From contig FR890808.1 of assembly GCA_000433035.1 (NCBI GenBank), positions 525 to 64,524 of the forward strand: a stretch of DNA of 64,000 bases, written 5' to 3'. How positions within the stretch are numbered: position 1 is the stretch's first letter; each line of letters begins with the position of its first letter. The position numbers and the translations under genes were made by a program. Under the pieces are notes generated by a model. That model had not been told where the DNA came from. It searched no databases and was given only the letters and a program-made list of their open reading frames with translations. Positions 1 to 9,869 of the stretch are shown piece after piece. The DNA is from Staphylococcus sp. CAG:324 (GTDB lineage: Bacteria; Bacillota_I; Bacilli_A; ML615J-28; CAG-313).

Positions 1-502
1 TCGTGTCATTTGTAATAATGGAAGATACATATACATGAAGTTTTGAATCAATGATCATACTTTGTAAGAAACCAATATCTTTTTCCGTTAAAACATAATG
101 ATTTGTTAACATCTGATTGATTTTTTCAATTAATGGTTGCGTATGAAAATCTATTTGTCTATTTGTCTTCAGATCAAAATTATATGTTTTAATTATTTGA
201 TTATCTAAATAATAATAGTGAAAAATATAACTAACATATTGATCGTTTAAATGACTTTCATATGTAATATTTACTTCACTATTATAATTATCTTTGAGAA
301 CATCATAAGTGTTTTTTATATTCACCAATAATATTTGATCAATTTCATCATTCATACTTGGATATTTCACCTCTTTTGTTTCATCGATTATAAATTGCTT
401 TTCTATCAAATTATACTTGGGAATATCTTTATTTTTTTTCTTACAAGATGGAATAGATATAAATAATAATAAAGAAAATAGGAATATAAATATTTTTTTC
501 AT
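1..502 (-). CDS. Putative lipoprotein, N-terminal part only (ORF runs off the window start); possibly DUF3298-like
   Basis: Hand translation of the minus strand from the ATG at 500-502 gives MKKIFIFLFSLLLFISIPSCKKKNKD... It stays open for all 167 codons down to position 2. Signal peptide plus lipobox Cys. It is absent from the ORF track because no stop lies in the window. The RBS is weak. Confidence 0.5.
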   Translation of the reverse strand, partial: MKKIFIFLFSLLLFISIPSCKKKNKDIPKYNLIEKQFIIDETKEVKYPSMNDEIDQILLVNIKNTYDVLKDNYNSEVNITYESHLNDQYVSYIFHYYYLDNQIIKTYNFDLKTNRQIDFHTQPLIEKINQMLTNHYVLTEKDIGFLQSMIIDSKLHVYVSSIITNDT

Positions 503-1095
503 ATAAATATTTTTTACAATTTATTTTTAAATATAGCAAGTAAAATAAAGCAATCTGACATTTTATGTTAATTTTATTTAAATTTTCATATAAATTATAA
601 TTGGTAATTTTTGATATTTTAATTTACAAAATAAGTTTTCAATATAGTTCACTTGTAAACATCTATTATTTATTGATTTATAGACAGAAATTGTCTTATA
701 ACTTCTTGCAAGTGTTTATAGAAGAAAGGCAAAAAAGCATCAAACCGCAAAGCAAAAAATAAAGGCAGAAGATGATTTTTTTAAGATTAAAGATTCATCA
801 AACCTTGCAAGAAACGGCTTTATAGGCACTAAAACTAATAGAGTAAGATATTTATTCTTTTTCTTTTAAAAATTTTTTTAACTATGTAATATTTTAAAGA
901 AGAGTGCTATCCTTTTTAATTATCTTTTTCCTTTTGTTCCTTTGTGAAAAGTTTTATAACAAACATAGGAAAGGATATTCCTTTCCGTAAAATTACGTTT
1001 TTATATTTGCGACAAGCAGAGAAATTAGGTTTGTTAGAAATATCCTACTAAGTAAACAGGAATTTGTCTAATTATATATAAGCACTTATCAAATT

Positions 1096-1638
1096 TTATT
1101 TGAGCATAAAATCTGCCCATGTACCTTGATAGTCACATAGATGTTCATTCCAGTATCTTATCTTTTCTATATATTCTTGTTTTCGTTGCTCTACTACATC
1201 TTTACAATTTTCAATTCCATATTTATATATAAGTGCAGTAAGGTCATATAGAGCATAGCCTATTGCATGTCTAGCAGTATGCACTACTGCACATGCTTGA
1301 CCTATTGAATGACAGATTGCAATATCTTCTTTATTTTCCATTTCTTTTGTAACTGCATGACAATCTAGTATTTTTCGTTGTGCTAGGTGCATTTTGATTT
1401 TTCCAGATGCCCAATCTTTGGCTTTTTCCAAAGCTTCTCTTGGACGTTTTTCTTCTGGATATTTTTCTTCAAATTTTGCAATAGATTCAGACGCAAAATC
1501 AAATGCCCATAGTGCCATAACTCTATGGTTTTGAATTTCAAATAGCTTGATTAAATCCTGCATATATTCTGAACTCTTGGAAAACAAAACTTGATTTTTC
1601 TTTTTGAGTTTTAAAGATACTTCATCTATCCAATTCAT
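1096..1638 (-). CDS. Hypothetical protein resembling Imm-5-type putative immunity proteins
   Basis: The ORF-track frame is trimmed to the internal ATG at 1636-1638, preceded by GGAGGAG (tatGGAGGAGaaaaATG). The pattern ALWAFDFASESI..FE....RPREALEKAKDWASGKI..AQRKILDCHAV......SIGQACAVVHTARHAIGYALY matches my recollection of the Imm5 family. Confidence 0.55.
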   Translation of the reverse strand: MNWIDEVSLKLKKKNQVLFSKSSEYMQDLIKLFEIQNHRVMALWAFDFASESIAKFEEKYPEEKRPREALEKAKDWASGKIKMHLAQRKILDCHAVTKEMENKEDIAICHSIGQACAVVHTARHAIGYALYDLTALIYKYGIENCKDVVEQRKQEYIEKIRYWNEHLCDYQGTWADFMLK

Positions 1639-1744
1639 TTTTCTCCTCCATAAATTTAAATTTTCAATGTTGTTATAAACAATTATATCATACAAATATA
1701 CAATTTCTTCCCTTTTTCCTTCTTGAATAGCAGGGATAATTAAA

Positions 1745-1773
1745 AGAACGAAAGCAACGAGTACTTTCGTTCT
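1745..1773 (-). terminator. Intrinsic terminator about 185 nt downstream of the metallophosphoesterase gene
   Basis: 10-bp stem AGAACGAAAG/CTTTCGTTCT, 9-nt loop, then TTTTAATTAT on the minus strand. It lies inside the spurious N-terminal extension of ORF 1096-1776. Confidence 0.55.
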
Positions 1774-1960
1774 CACATAATATGATGCTATTTCCTTATA
1801 TTCTGTTTATATCATTTTATATGCTCTTATTGAGTTAGGACGACAACATGTTATATTGAGCCTTTGAAATTGTAGCTGTATATGCCAAAAAATCAAGTAC
1901 GTATATGGAATTAATACATGATACTCGTTGCGCCCATTAAAAAGTATCATACTTTTTTTA

Positions 1961-4426
1961 TTATTCAAGCGTCTTAAAATCAGTTTCAACTTCATACATC
2001 ACAACGCCACGATAATTTCTAGCTACTAATTTTATATGATAGTTGCTATTGGCTACTAAAGATGATAACTTGTAAGAAGTAATCGGTGTAAATGAATCAT
2101 CTAAATAACTAATAATATCAATCATTTCACCATTGACATAAATCACATAATCTTTAATCGTATAAGTTAAACTTACATCTGCTGCTTCAAACACTAAATC
2201 TGCTGTTGTAGATGTAATATTGGTTGCTTCAAGATGAATATCAGGTCCTAATTTTAAAGTTTTTGTAAGTTCATGGGTAGTACCATCGGTAAAAACAAGC
2301 GTAATTTTAAAATGATAATCGTAAAACTTATCAATATTTTTAATCACAAGCTTAGTATAAGAAGAAGTGGGGAAAACTACATTTGTATTAATTTGTCCTC
2401 TAATTGTTTCACTAACCTTTACTTCTTTTACATTTCCATAAAATTTATCTGAAAAATTTAAAACATATGTATGATTTTCTTCATTATATACTCCATTCAC
2501 TGCTTGAATTAAGTTTTCTTTGGTTTCTGTTGTAACTGGTTTATTTCTTTTAGATACAATTGTTCTAGTTGAAACAATTGCTCCCAACTCATTTACCCTT
2601 TTAATCGTGATTGTTCCCTCATGTGTTTCTACTAAATATCCTGTAGCAAGATTAAAATCACTTCTACTTTTAACTCCGCCAAAAGAAAGAGTCATATAAT
2701 TTACACCCAAACCAGCATCCGAAGAATCAGCTCCTTCATAATAATCCGGACGATAACGATCACCGTGATAGTGTCCAGCAATTACTAAATCAACACAATA
2801 TTTTTCAAAAATTCCTAGTAAGACTTCATCACGATCCTTATTTCCCGATTCACTATTTTCATAATAAACCGGTGTATGCATCATAACAAAACTATATCGA
2901 TATTCTACCGTTGATAAAACTTCCTCAAGCCATACAAGCATTTCATTTCTACCTTCTGATTTTTCATTATCAACCGTGATAAATAAAATATCATTATAAA
3001 CAAAATAAGCGCTAAGACCTAATTGTGTAGAAGGACCATTATTGACTGTTGCATAATGGGCTTTTTGGTATCTACCATCTGATTGTCCAGTACCCCTAAT
3101 ATAATATTCATGATTTCCAGCAACCCCAACTCGTGGTAAAAATTTTAAACTATTTGATTCTTTGAAAAAAACATCCCATGTTTTAGCACTACCACCAACA
3201 TCAATAATATCTCCGGCGGTTGCCACAAAACCAACATTCGGATTCATTTCAATCATTTTTTGCATAATTCCTTCACTAATTTCAGAACCATGTGATTCAT
3301 AACTGCCATCCTCATTGGTTTTATAATAGTAATGAATATCGGCCATCATGATAAAAGCAGAATCAGAACCATCATCTTTTGCTGTTTTAAAACGATAAAC
3401 CTCACTATATGTATCATTACCCAAATTAATACGATATATATATTCAGTATCAGGCTCTAGCCCTTTTATAGATACCCTTATTACATTTCTCGGTATAAAT
3501 GTACTTTCAACAATATCTGTTCCTTCTGTAAAATAATATCCACTACCAGTTATGGTTGTTACATTGGTGAAAGTAACATCACTAGCAAGTGTATATTCAA
3601 CCTCTGTCATAGTATTGAATGTGTGGTAATTAATTTCAATATCAGTTGATGCATCAGTACCATAACTTGTCATAATATTAAAAACATCATACCCTCCATC
3701 TTCTATTAATGGATGAAGGATTAAAACCTCCACAACACATGCAACATAGGTATTGTCAACTGAGCAAATCGTAATATATACTTTTCCCTCATGAAGAGCT
3801 TCAAATAAACCATTCTCATCAATTGTTGCCAAAGCTCCATCTTCTAATTTTAAACTATATGTCACATCTTGAATTGCTCCTACCGGATAAATAGTAGGAA
3901 TAAATTGCAAAGTGTCGCCAATATATATCTCCTCTTTGGTATAATTAGCCTCAATTGATTCTACCTCCGGTAAAGGATCTCCTTCGGTTTTCCCACATCT
4001 TGTACATGTTTTAGGGGTTGAAGATGTTGCTTCTTCCCACATATGTCCTAGAGCAATTCCATCCGTTTCCCCACAAATTTCACATGTCTTAGGGTGTGTA
4101 CAATCAGCCGCAATCCAACTATGACCATCTACATCACAAAAAGTATCATATCTAGCAACTAAATGATAATCTTTTTGAATTGATGTTGAAAAATCAAATA
4201 CATTATTTTCATCAAACCATCCTTTAAAATAATGATTGTCTTTAGTAGGTGCTTTTACTTCTTCAACTATATCACCTTTTTTAACTTCAATCGTTTTGTA
4301 CGTTTCGTCATCTACAATAAAAGTAACTTTATATTTTTTAGTACAACCACTAACAAAACTTAAAAAAGAAAGTAATATAATAATACTTGTAAATAAACAT
4401 AGTTTTCCACTTAATTTTTTATTCAT
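1961..4426 (-). CDS. Surface lipoprotein: Listeria-Bacteroides repeat, Cys-rich modules, Big_2-like domain, purple-acid-phosphatase-type N domain, calcineurin-like metallophosphoesterase, C-terminal Ig/FN3-like domains
   Basis: Signal peptide plus lipobox FVSGC. RBS AGGAGA. Metallophosphoesterase motifs ADIH, GDIIDVGG, GNHEYY, MMHTP and GHYHGD. Repeat motif YFKGWFDEN...HLVARY. Confidence 0.85.
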   Translation of the reverse strand: MNKKLSGKLCLFTSIIILLSFLSFVSGCTKKYKVTFIVDDETYKTIEVKKGDIVEEVKAPTKDNHYFKGWFDENNVFDFSTSIQKDYHLVARYDTFCDVDGHSWIAADCTHPKTCEICGETDGIALGHMWEEATSSTPKTCTRCGKTEGDPLPEVESIEANYTKEEIYIGDTLQFIPTIYPVGAIQDVTYSLKLEDGALATIDENGLFEALHEGKVYITICSVDNTYVACVVEVLILHPLIEDGGYDVFNIMTSYGTDASTDIEINYHTFNTMTEVEYTLASDVTFTNVTTITGSGYYFTEGTDIVESTFIPRNVIRVSIKGLEPDTEYIYRINLGNDTYSEVYRFKTAKDDGSDSAFIMMADIHYYYKTNEDGSYESHGSEISEGIMQKMIEMNPNVGFVATAGDIIDVGGSAKTWDVFFKESNSLKFLPRVGVAGNHEYYIRGTGQSDGRYQKAHYATVNNGPSTQLGLSAYFVYNDILFITVDNEKSEGRNEMLVWLEEVLSTVEYRYSFVMMHTPVYYENSESGNKDRDEVLLGIFEKYCVDLVIAGHYHGDRYRPDYYEGADSSDAGLGVNYMTLSFGGVKSRSDFNLATGYLVETHEGTITIKRVNELGAIVSTRTIVSKRNKPVTTETKENLIQAVNGVYNEENHTYVLNFSDKFYGNVKEVKVSETIRGQINTNVVFPTSSYTKLVIKNIDKFYDYHFKITLVFTDGTTHELTKTLKLGPDIHLEATNITSTTADLVFEAADVSLTYTIKDYVIYVNGEMIDIISYLDDSFTPITSYKLSSLVANSNYHIKLVARNYRGVVMYEVETDFKTLE

Positions 4427-4495
4427 CTTTTCATCTCCTTTAATATTTACAAATATATTATACTAAAAATAAATTATTTTTACAATAAAATAAAC

Positions 4496-4528
4496 AAAAA
4501 ACATCTTATTAAAATAAGATGTTTTTTA
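4496..4528 (-). terminator. Intrinsic terminator of rpsD
   Basis: ACATCTTATT / AATAAGATGT hairpin flanked by an A-run and a T-run. Confidence 0.7.
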
Positions 4529-4553
4529 TACTGCTTATCCTTTTCATAGATTA

Positions 4554-5153
4554 TTATCTATTATAGAATTCAACAATTAAATTCTCACGAATTTCTGGTA
4601 GGATTTCGCTACGTTGTGGTAAACGTACATAAGTACCTACACCCTTTGTTTCATCAAAACTAACAAAACCTAGACGAGCAACACAATTTTCTAAAGCCTC
4701 TTTAACAATTTGTAAATTTCTAGATGCTTCTTTCATTTCAACTGTTTGACCTGGTTTTACTATATATGATGGAATGTCTACTTTTTTACCATCAACAAGT
4801 ACATGTCCGTGGTTAACAAGTTGTCTTGCTTGGCGACGTGTTGTCGCAAATCCCATACGATAAACTAAATTATCTAATCTAGATTCTAATAAGAATAAGA
4901 AATTTTCACCATGTTTTCCTTCTAATTTACCAGCTTTAGTAAATAAATTTCTAAACTGTTTTTCACTAACGCCATAGGTAAAACGAACTTTTTGTTTTTC
5001 TTGTAATTGAAGAGCATATTCTGATAATTTTGCTCTTCTTTGACCATGTTGACCAGGAGCATAATTCCTTTTTTGTAATTCTTTACCATTTTCTAAAACG
5101 GAAAATTTTAATCTTCTTGATTGTTTCCAACTTGGGCCTGTATAACGTGCCAT
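4554..5153 (-). CDS. rpsD: 30S ribosomal protein S4
   Basis: [15 protein letters not shown]... S4 signature. Start trimmed to the ATG at 5151-5153 with RBS AAAGGAGAAA. Confidence 0.97.
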   Translation of the reverse strand: MARYTGPSWKQSRRLKFSVLENGKELQKRNYAPGQHGQRRAKLSEYALQLQEKQKVRFTYGVSEKQFRNLFTKAGKLEGKHGENFLFLLESRLDNLVYRMGFATTRRQARQLVNHGHVLVDGKKVDIPSYIVKPGQTVEMKEASRNLQIVKEALENCVARLGFVSFDETKGVGTYVRLPQRSEILPEIRENLIVEFYNR

Positions 5154-5329
5154 TTTTTTCTCCTTTTTATAGTCCATAGACTCTTATTTTGTGGATAAAA
5201 ATTCAAATCCAATTTCTAATTAGATTATCCAATTACTTTCACCTAAGCAGCGAGATTACTCATATCCATATTCCGTGATAATCTATTGGTTAAAAATCAA
5301 ATGAATGCTGCATTTATCGCACTTTATTT
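5154..5329 (-). promoter_or_regulatory. Long 5' leader of rpsD (candidate S4 autoregulatory leader)
   Basis: About 175 nt lie between a consensus sigma-A promoter and the rpsD start, with no ORF. S4 autoregulation through a structured leader is established in Bacillus. The structure was not verified here. Confidence 0.45.
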
Positions 5330-5358
5330 ATTATACTATATTTTGCCAACTTTGTCAA
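5330..5358 (-). promoter_or_regulatory. Sigma-A type promoter of rpsD
   Basis: Minus strand TTGACA (5353-5358), 17 nt spacer, TATAAT (5330-5335). Confidence 0.6.
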
Positions 5359-5380
5359 ATATTATGTCCTTATATCTCTA

Positions 5381-6046
5381 TCAATCAGGATAGTAAATAA
5401 TCACTATATCGGATGCTTTATATTCGTTTGTTGCCTCCGTTTTTATTTCAAATTTATACCTTTTGCCATCTTTATAGACAATATCAGTTTTAAAATATTG
5501 CTTGTTGGTATTGGTATCTACTTGTTTCTTGACATCAACTTCTTTTATTTTTTCATCATCTTCATATATAATTACATAATATCCATTTGTTGCCAGTTCA
5601 TTGTGATCCCATGTTAAATAAAAACAATTATTCTGATTTGGCATAACCGCAATATTTACATTTGTTGGTGCTGATAGGGGAACCTTTTTATTAAGATAAA
5701 AATTAGCAACAAAATAACCCACAAGTATCAATAAGAAAATCGTTACCGCAATAATTTCTTTAACCTTATACTTATTTGCAACCGCCTTTGATAAGTGCTG
5801 AACATGACTTTCAATATATATTGACATATTAGGGATTGCTAAATGAACATCTATATGTTTTTCATCAAAATTGCTTAATTCTTCTAATACCTTTTTTATT
5901 TTCACTTCTGTATCAAGACTTTTAATTGCATAACCTCTTGCTTTTTTAATATACGTATAAGCAATACTTTGATAGGAATTGCTTAAATATTTTATTGTTT
6001 CATTATTTTCTTTTATTAGTTCTTTATATCGTTCTTTAGAATTCAT
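5381..6046 (-). CDS. Hypothetical single-pass membrane protein
   Basis: ORF trimmed to MNSKERYKEL (ATG at 6046, RBS GGTGA). One central TM segment (IIAVTIFLLILVGYFVANFYL) and a beta-rich C-terminal domain. Confidence 0.6.
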   Translation of the reverse strand: MNSKERYKELIKENNETIKYLSNSYQSIAYTYIKKARGYAIKSLDTEVKIKKVLEELSNFDEKHIDVHLAIPNMSIYIESHVQHLSKAVANKYKVKEIIAVTIFLLILVGYFVANFYLNKKVPLSAPTNVNIAVMPNQNNCFYLTWDHNELATNGYYVIIYEDDEKIKEVDVKKQVDTNTNKQYFKTDIVYKDGKRYKFEIKTEATNEYKASDIVIIYYPD

Positions 6047-6120
6047 ATTATTTTCACCAACATATTTTTTTAATATTATAACACAAAAGAAATGATTTAT
6101 CAAAACATATATTTTTATTT

Positions 6121-6154
6121 TAAAAAAGGTATATAAGAAAAACTCTTATATACC
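6121..6154 (-). terminator. Intrinsic terminator of pgk-tpiA
   Basis: AGGTATATAAG / CTTATATACCT stem with a T-run on the minus strand. Confidence 0.7.
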
Positions 6155-6170
6155 TTACTTTTTCTTTTAT

Positions 6171-6932
6171 CTATTTTAAATTTGATGCTACATTTGCAAA
6201 GTAAATAAAATCTTCTGCTACTAAACTTGCACCACCAATTAAAGCTCCATCAATATTAGGTTTAGACATTAATTCTTCGATATTATTCACCTTAACGCTA
6301 CCACCATATTGAATTCTAATCGCTGCTCCAGTTTCTTCATCATAAAGTTTACTAATTACTTTTCTAATAAAGCCACAAGTTTCATCAGCTACATCTGCTG
6401 TAGCGGTCCTACCTGTGCCAATCGCCCAAATAGGTTCATAAGCAATAACCAATTCTTTTACTTCATCTTTAGTTAATCCTTCTAAATCTTTAATAAGTTG
6501 TTCTTTAATAATATTTTCCGTTAGATTATTTTCTCTTTCTTCTAAATGTTCGCCAACACAAAGAATAGGAATTAAATTATGCTTAAAAGCAGCATGTAAT
6601 TTTTTATTTACAGTTTCATCCGTTTCATTGAACATTGCTCTTCTTTCTGAATGTCCAATAATTACATATGTCACACCAAGTGAAGTAAGCATTTCTGGAG
6701 CAACCTCACCTGTATAAGCACCTTTTTCTTCAAAGTGCATATTTTGAGCACCAATTCTTAAATTTTCTCCTTGTCGCTTTACAAGACAACGAAGTACTAC
6801 AAAAGGGGCACAAATTACTGTATCAACATCATCAATAGATGGGAGTGACTCATTTACCGCATATATAAATGCTAAAGCCTCATCCCTTGTTTTAAACATC
6901 TTCCAGTTTCCAGCAATTATCGGTTTTCTCAT
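6171..6932 (-). CDS. tpiA: Triosephosphate isomerase
   Basis: MRKPIIAGNWKM..., IIGHSERR and AYEPIWAIGTG motifs. Start at 6932, just after the pgk stop. Confidence 0.96.
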   Translation of the reverse strand: MRKPIIAGNWKMFKTRDEALAFIYAVNESLPSIDDVDTVICAPFVVLRCLVKRQGENLRIGAQNMHFEEKGAYTGEVAPEMLTSLGVTYVIIGHSERRAMFNETDETVNKKLHAAFKHNLIPILCVGEHLEERENNLTENIIKEQLIKDLEGLTKDEVKELVIAYEPIWAIGTGRTATADVADETCGFIRKVISKLYDEETGAAIRIQYGGSVKVNNIEELMSKPNIDGALIGGASLVAEDFIYFANVASNLK

Positions 6933-6942
6933 ATTTGCACCC

Positions 6943-8175
6943 TTATTTAACATCGCTTAAACAAGTAACACCAGGAAGAGCTTTTCCTTCTAAGTATTCT
7001 AAACTTGCACCGCCACCTGTAGAAATATGAGTAAATTTAGTTTCATATCCCATTGAAATTGCGGCCGCCGCAGAATCACCACCACCAATAATAGTGGTTG
7101 CTCCATCAAGATTTGCTAATGCTTCACAAATAGCTTTTGTGCCTTTAGCAAATTTTTCAACTTCAAATACTCCAGCAGGTCCATTCCATACAACTGTTTT
7201 AGCACCAACCAATTCCTTTTTAAATAACTCAATTGTCTTTGGTCCACAATCAAGTCCTTGTGCATCTTTATCTATATGATTTACATCAACAACCTTTGTA
7301 TCCGCTTTAGCAATAGCACCAAAGAAGTCTGCTGCAACATCTTCATCAGAAACTTGAACACTTACAACATCCACAGGTAAAATAATTTTACCATTAGCTT
7401 TCTTGAGTAATCCTTTCGCATACTCAACAAAATCAAGTTCACATTTTGATTTACCAACCTCTAACCCTTGTGCTTTGAAAAAAGTATAGGCCATTGCACC
7501 ACAAATCATCACTTTGTCCGCTTTATTCAGTAAGTTTTCAATAACGGAAATTTTATCACTAACCTTTGCGCCACCAAGGATAGCAACAAATGGTCTTACA
7601 GGATTATCAACTGCACCACCAATAAATTTAATTTCTTTTTCAAGTAAGAAACCTGCTGCTGAATCATTAGGGAAATGACTTGCAATTCCTTGATTAGAAG
7701 CATGAGCTCTATGAGCAGTACCAAAAGCATCATTGACAAAAACATCCCCAAGACTTGCCCAATATGCACCAAGTTCAGGATCATTTTTAGATTCTTTTTT
7801 GCCATCTAAATCTTCATAACGCGTATTTTCAAACATCAATACTTCGCCTTCTTTAAGAGCCGCAACTGCATCCTCTAAAACTTTACCACGAGTAACAGGG
7901 ACAAATTCAACATGTTTTCCAAGCAACTCTTCTAAACGTTTAGCAACCAAAGCCAAACTATTTTTTGCAAGGTCTTCCTCTGTTTTAATACGACCAAGAT
8001 GAGAAAAAAGAATAACTTTACCACCTTGTTCTAATGCATATCGAATTGTTGGTAAAGCTTGAACAATTCTATTATCATCAGTAATAACGCCACCTTTCAT
8101 AGGTACATTAAAATCTACACGCATTAAAACCTTCTTACCTTTTAAATTTAAATCTTTAATATTTTTCTTTGCCAT
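6943..8175 (-). CDS. pgk: Phosphoglycerate kinase
   Basis: RVDFNVP, FSHLGR and GGGDSAAA motifs. RBS AAAGGAAA. Confidence 0.97.
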   Translation of the reverse strand: MAKKNIKDLNLKGKKVLMRVDFNVPMKGGVITDDNRIVQALPTIRYALEQGGKVILFSHLGRIKTEEDLAKNSLALVAKRLEELLGKHVEFVPVTRGKVLEDAVAALKEGEVLMFENTRYEDLDGKKESKNDPELGAYWASLGDVFVNDAFGTAHRAHASNQGIASHFPNDSAAGFLLEKEIKFIGGAVDNPVRPFVAILGGAKVSDKISVIENLLNKADKVMICGAMAYTFFKAQGLEVGKSKCELDFVEYAKGLLKKANGKIILPVDVVSVQVSDEDVAADFFGAIAKADTKVVDVNHIDKDAQGLDCGPKTIELFKKELVGAKTVVWNGPAGVFEVEKFAKGTKAICEALANLDGATTIIGGGDSAAAAISMGYETKFTHISTGGGASLEYLEGKALPGVTCLSDVK

Positions 8176-8199
8176 TTTAATTTTCCTTTCTAATATTCA

Positions 8200-8607
8200 T
8201 TAGAGTTTTTTGATTTTTAAACTTAAATCATAATATTTTTTCATCAAATGATAAGGCTTATCTATTTTTAAAAAACTATGATCAATAAAAATTATGATTG
8301 TTTGTTTCTTATCCTTAACCATCTCAACAATATTATAACTATTGATATAAATATTATCAATCTCTTTCTTATTACTTGTTTGAATCAATATGATATTTTC
8401 TTTTAAGTATATTGGAACGTGTTTAAAGATACGGTATACCTTAGAAGTTGCCTCTAATCTTCCCTTTAAAGTCGTTAAATCTTCTCGTAAAGCAAAGTCT
8501 AATAACTTTTCTAATAACAAGTTTATAACGATTTCATCTTGATTTTTATATTTGATAATTGTAGACCTATTGGCTTTTTTGAGGTATAAAACATCTTTAT
8601 TTATCAC
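8200..8607 (-). CDS. Short ComK-family-like protein (tentative)
   Basis: GTG start. The segment LKGRLEATSKVYRIFKHVPIYL...ILIQTSN....NIYINSYNIVEM parallels the ComK core (GxKAE...KPPIL...FPT....IWLN..I). It is shorter than canonical ComK. Confidence 0.45.
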   Translation of the reverse strand: MINKDVLYLKKANRSTIIKYKNQDEIVINLLLEKLLDFALREDLTTLKGRLEATSKVYRIFKHVPIYLKENIILIQTSNKKEIDNIYINSYNIVEMVKDKKQTIIIFIDHSFLKIDKPYHLMKKYYDLSLKIKKL

Positions 8608-8614
8608 TTAATCA

Positions 8615-9751
8615 TTAATCTCTTTTAATTCTATTTTCAGTTTCAGGATTAAAGAAATGACACTTATTCATATTAAGCATTAATTTAATATTGTCATTAG
8701 TATGAATATCAATACGAGCAGGAACTTTTGCGGTAATCGCTTGACCTGTTACATCTTTACCAGGAAGTTTGACTCTAATTTGTGATTCAGCACCTAAAAG
8801 TTCTGAAATATCAACTTTGAATTCATGAGTCCATTCAGGATGTTTTGCAAAATCTTCTTCTTGATCAGAAATATCTTCTGGTCTAATACCCATAATAATA
8901 TCCTTTTCAAGATAATTTTGTTCTTTTAAAACTTCAAGTTGTTCTTCTGGAATAGGAATTCTAACAACACCAAAACGATGACTTCCACATTCAAAAATAC
9001 CATCTTTACCAACAACACCATTTACAAAGTTCATTGGTGGAGTACCAATAAAACCACCTACGAAAATATTATTTGGCTTATCATAAATTTCCTTTGGTGC
9101 TCCAATTTGTTGAATCCAACCATCTTTCATAACAACAATTCTAGATGCCATTGTCATCGCTTCAATTTGGTCATGAGTAACATAAATTGTTGTTGTTCCT
9201 AAACTTTCATGAATTTTAATCAACTCTGAACGCATTTGTACACGAAGTTTAGCATCTAGATTAGATAGAGGTTCATCCATTAAGAAAACTTTTGCGTCAC
9301 GAACAATAGCACGGCCAAGGGCAACACGTTGACGTTGTCCACCTGATAATGCAGCCGGTTTACGATCCAAATATGGTTTTAAACCAAGTTTTTCAGCCGC
9401 ATTTTGCACACGACGATCAATCTCATTACGAGAGAATTTTCTAAGTTTTAGACCAAATGCCATATTGTCATATACAGTAAAGTGTGGATATAGTGCATAA
9501 GATTGGAATACCATCGCAATATTACGATCTCTTGGTGCTACATCATTCATTACCTCACCATCAATTAGAAGCTGTCCACTTGTAATTTCTTCAAGTCCTG
9601 CAACCATTCTAAGTGTTGTAGTTTTTCCACATCCTGATGGTCCAACGAATACTATAAATTCACGATCTTTAATTTTTAGATTAAAATCGAAAACCGCTTG
9701 AACATTATTATTATAAATTTTGTTGATATTTTTAAGTTCAACAGTTGCCAT
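8615..9751 (-). CDS. Sugar ABC transporter ATP-binding protein (MsmK/MalK/UgpC family)
   Basis: Walker A GPSGCGKTT, signature LSGGQRQR, Walker B FLMDEPLS, C-terminal TOBE-like domain. RBS AGGAGGAA. Confidence 0.93.
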   Translation of the reverse strand: MATVELKNINKIYNNNVQAVFDFNLKIKDREFIVFVGPSGCGKTTTLRMVAGLEEITSGQLLIDGEVMNDVAPRDRNIAMVFQSYALYPHFTVYDNMAFGLKLRKFSRNEIDRRVQNAAEKLGLKPYLDRKPAALSGGQRQRVALGRAIVRDAKVFLMDEPLSNLDAKLRVQMRSELIKIHESLGTTTIYVTHDQIEAMTMASRIVVMKDGWIQQIGAPKEIYDKPNNIFVGGFIGTPPMNFVNGVVGKDGIFECGSHRFGVVRIPIPEEQLEVLKEQNYLEKDIIMGIRPEDISDQEEDFAKHPEWTHEFKVDISELLGAESQIRVKLPGKDVTGQAITAKVPARIDIHTNDNIKLMLNMNKCHFFNPETENRIKRD

Positions 9752-9800
9752 AAAAATTTCCTCCTATTTTTTATTTTTTTATGATACGAGAATATTATAC

Positions 9801-9848
9801 CAAAAAAGCAACAAAATTACTATAGGCAATATGTTGCTTAATTTTTTT
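9801..9848 (-). terminator. Intrinsic terminator of the PucR-like gene
   Basis: AAGCAACA...TGTTGCTT stem with a T-run on the minus strand, followed by TGGTATAAT (an extended -10 for the ABC ATPase gene). Confidence 0.55.
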
Positions 9849-9869
9849 ATTTTTTAAACAATTTTTATT

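Noticed and set aside
1639-1776. N-terminal extension of ORF 1096-1776 in the supplied track (MRTKVLVAF...).
   Set aside because: The extension contains a terminator hairpin (1745-1773) and a promoter-like TGATATAAT. A strong GGAGGAG RBS precedes the internal ATG at 1638. The extension is therefore very unlikely to be translated.
1807-1995. 62-aa ORF on the minus strand between the lipoprotein and Imm5-like genes.
   Set aside because: It overlaps the 3' end of the 821-aa gene, has no RBS and has odd composition. I treat it as a non-coding spacer or UTR.
5190-5198. Perfect DnaA box (TTATCCACA on the minus strand) in the rpsD leader.
   Set aside because: It is a single isolated 9-mer, expected by chance at roughly this frequency in 128 kb of two-strand AT-rich sequence. 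There is no box cluster, DUE or dnaA nearby.
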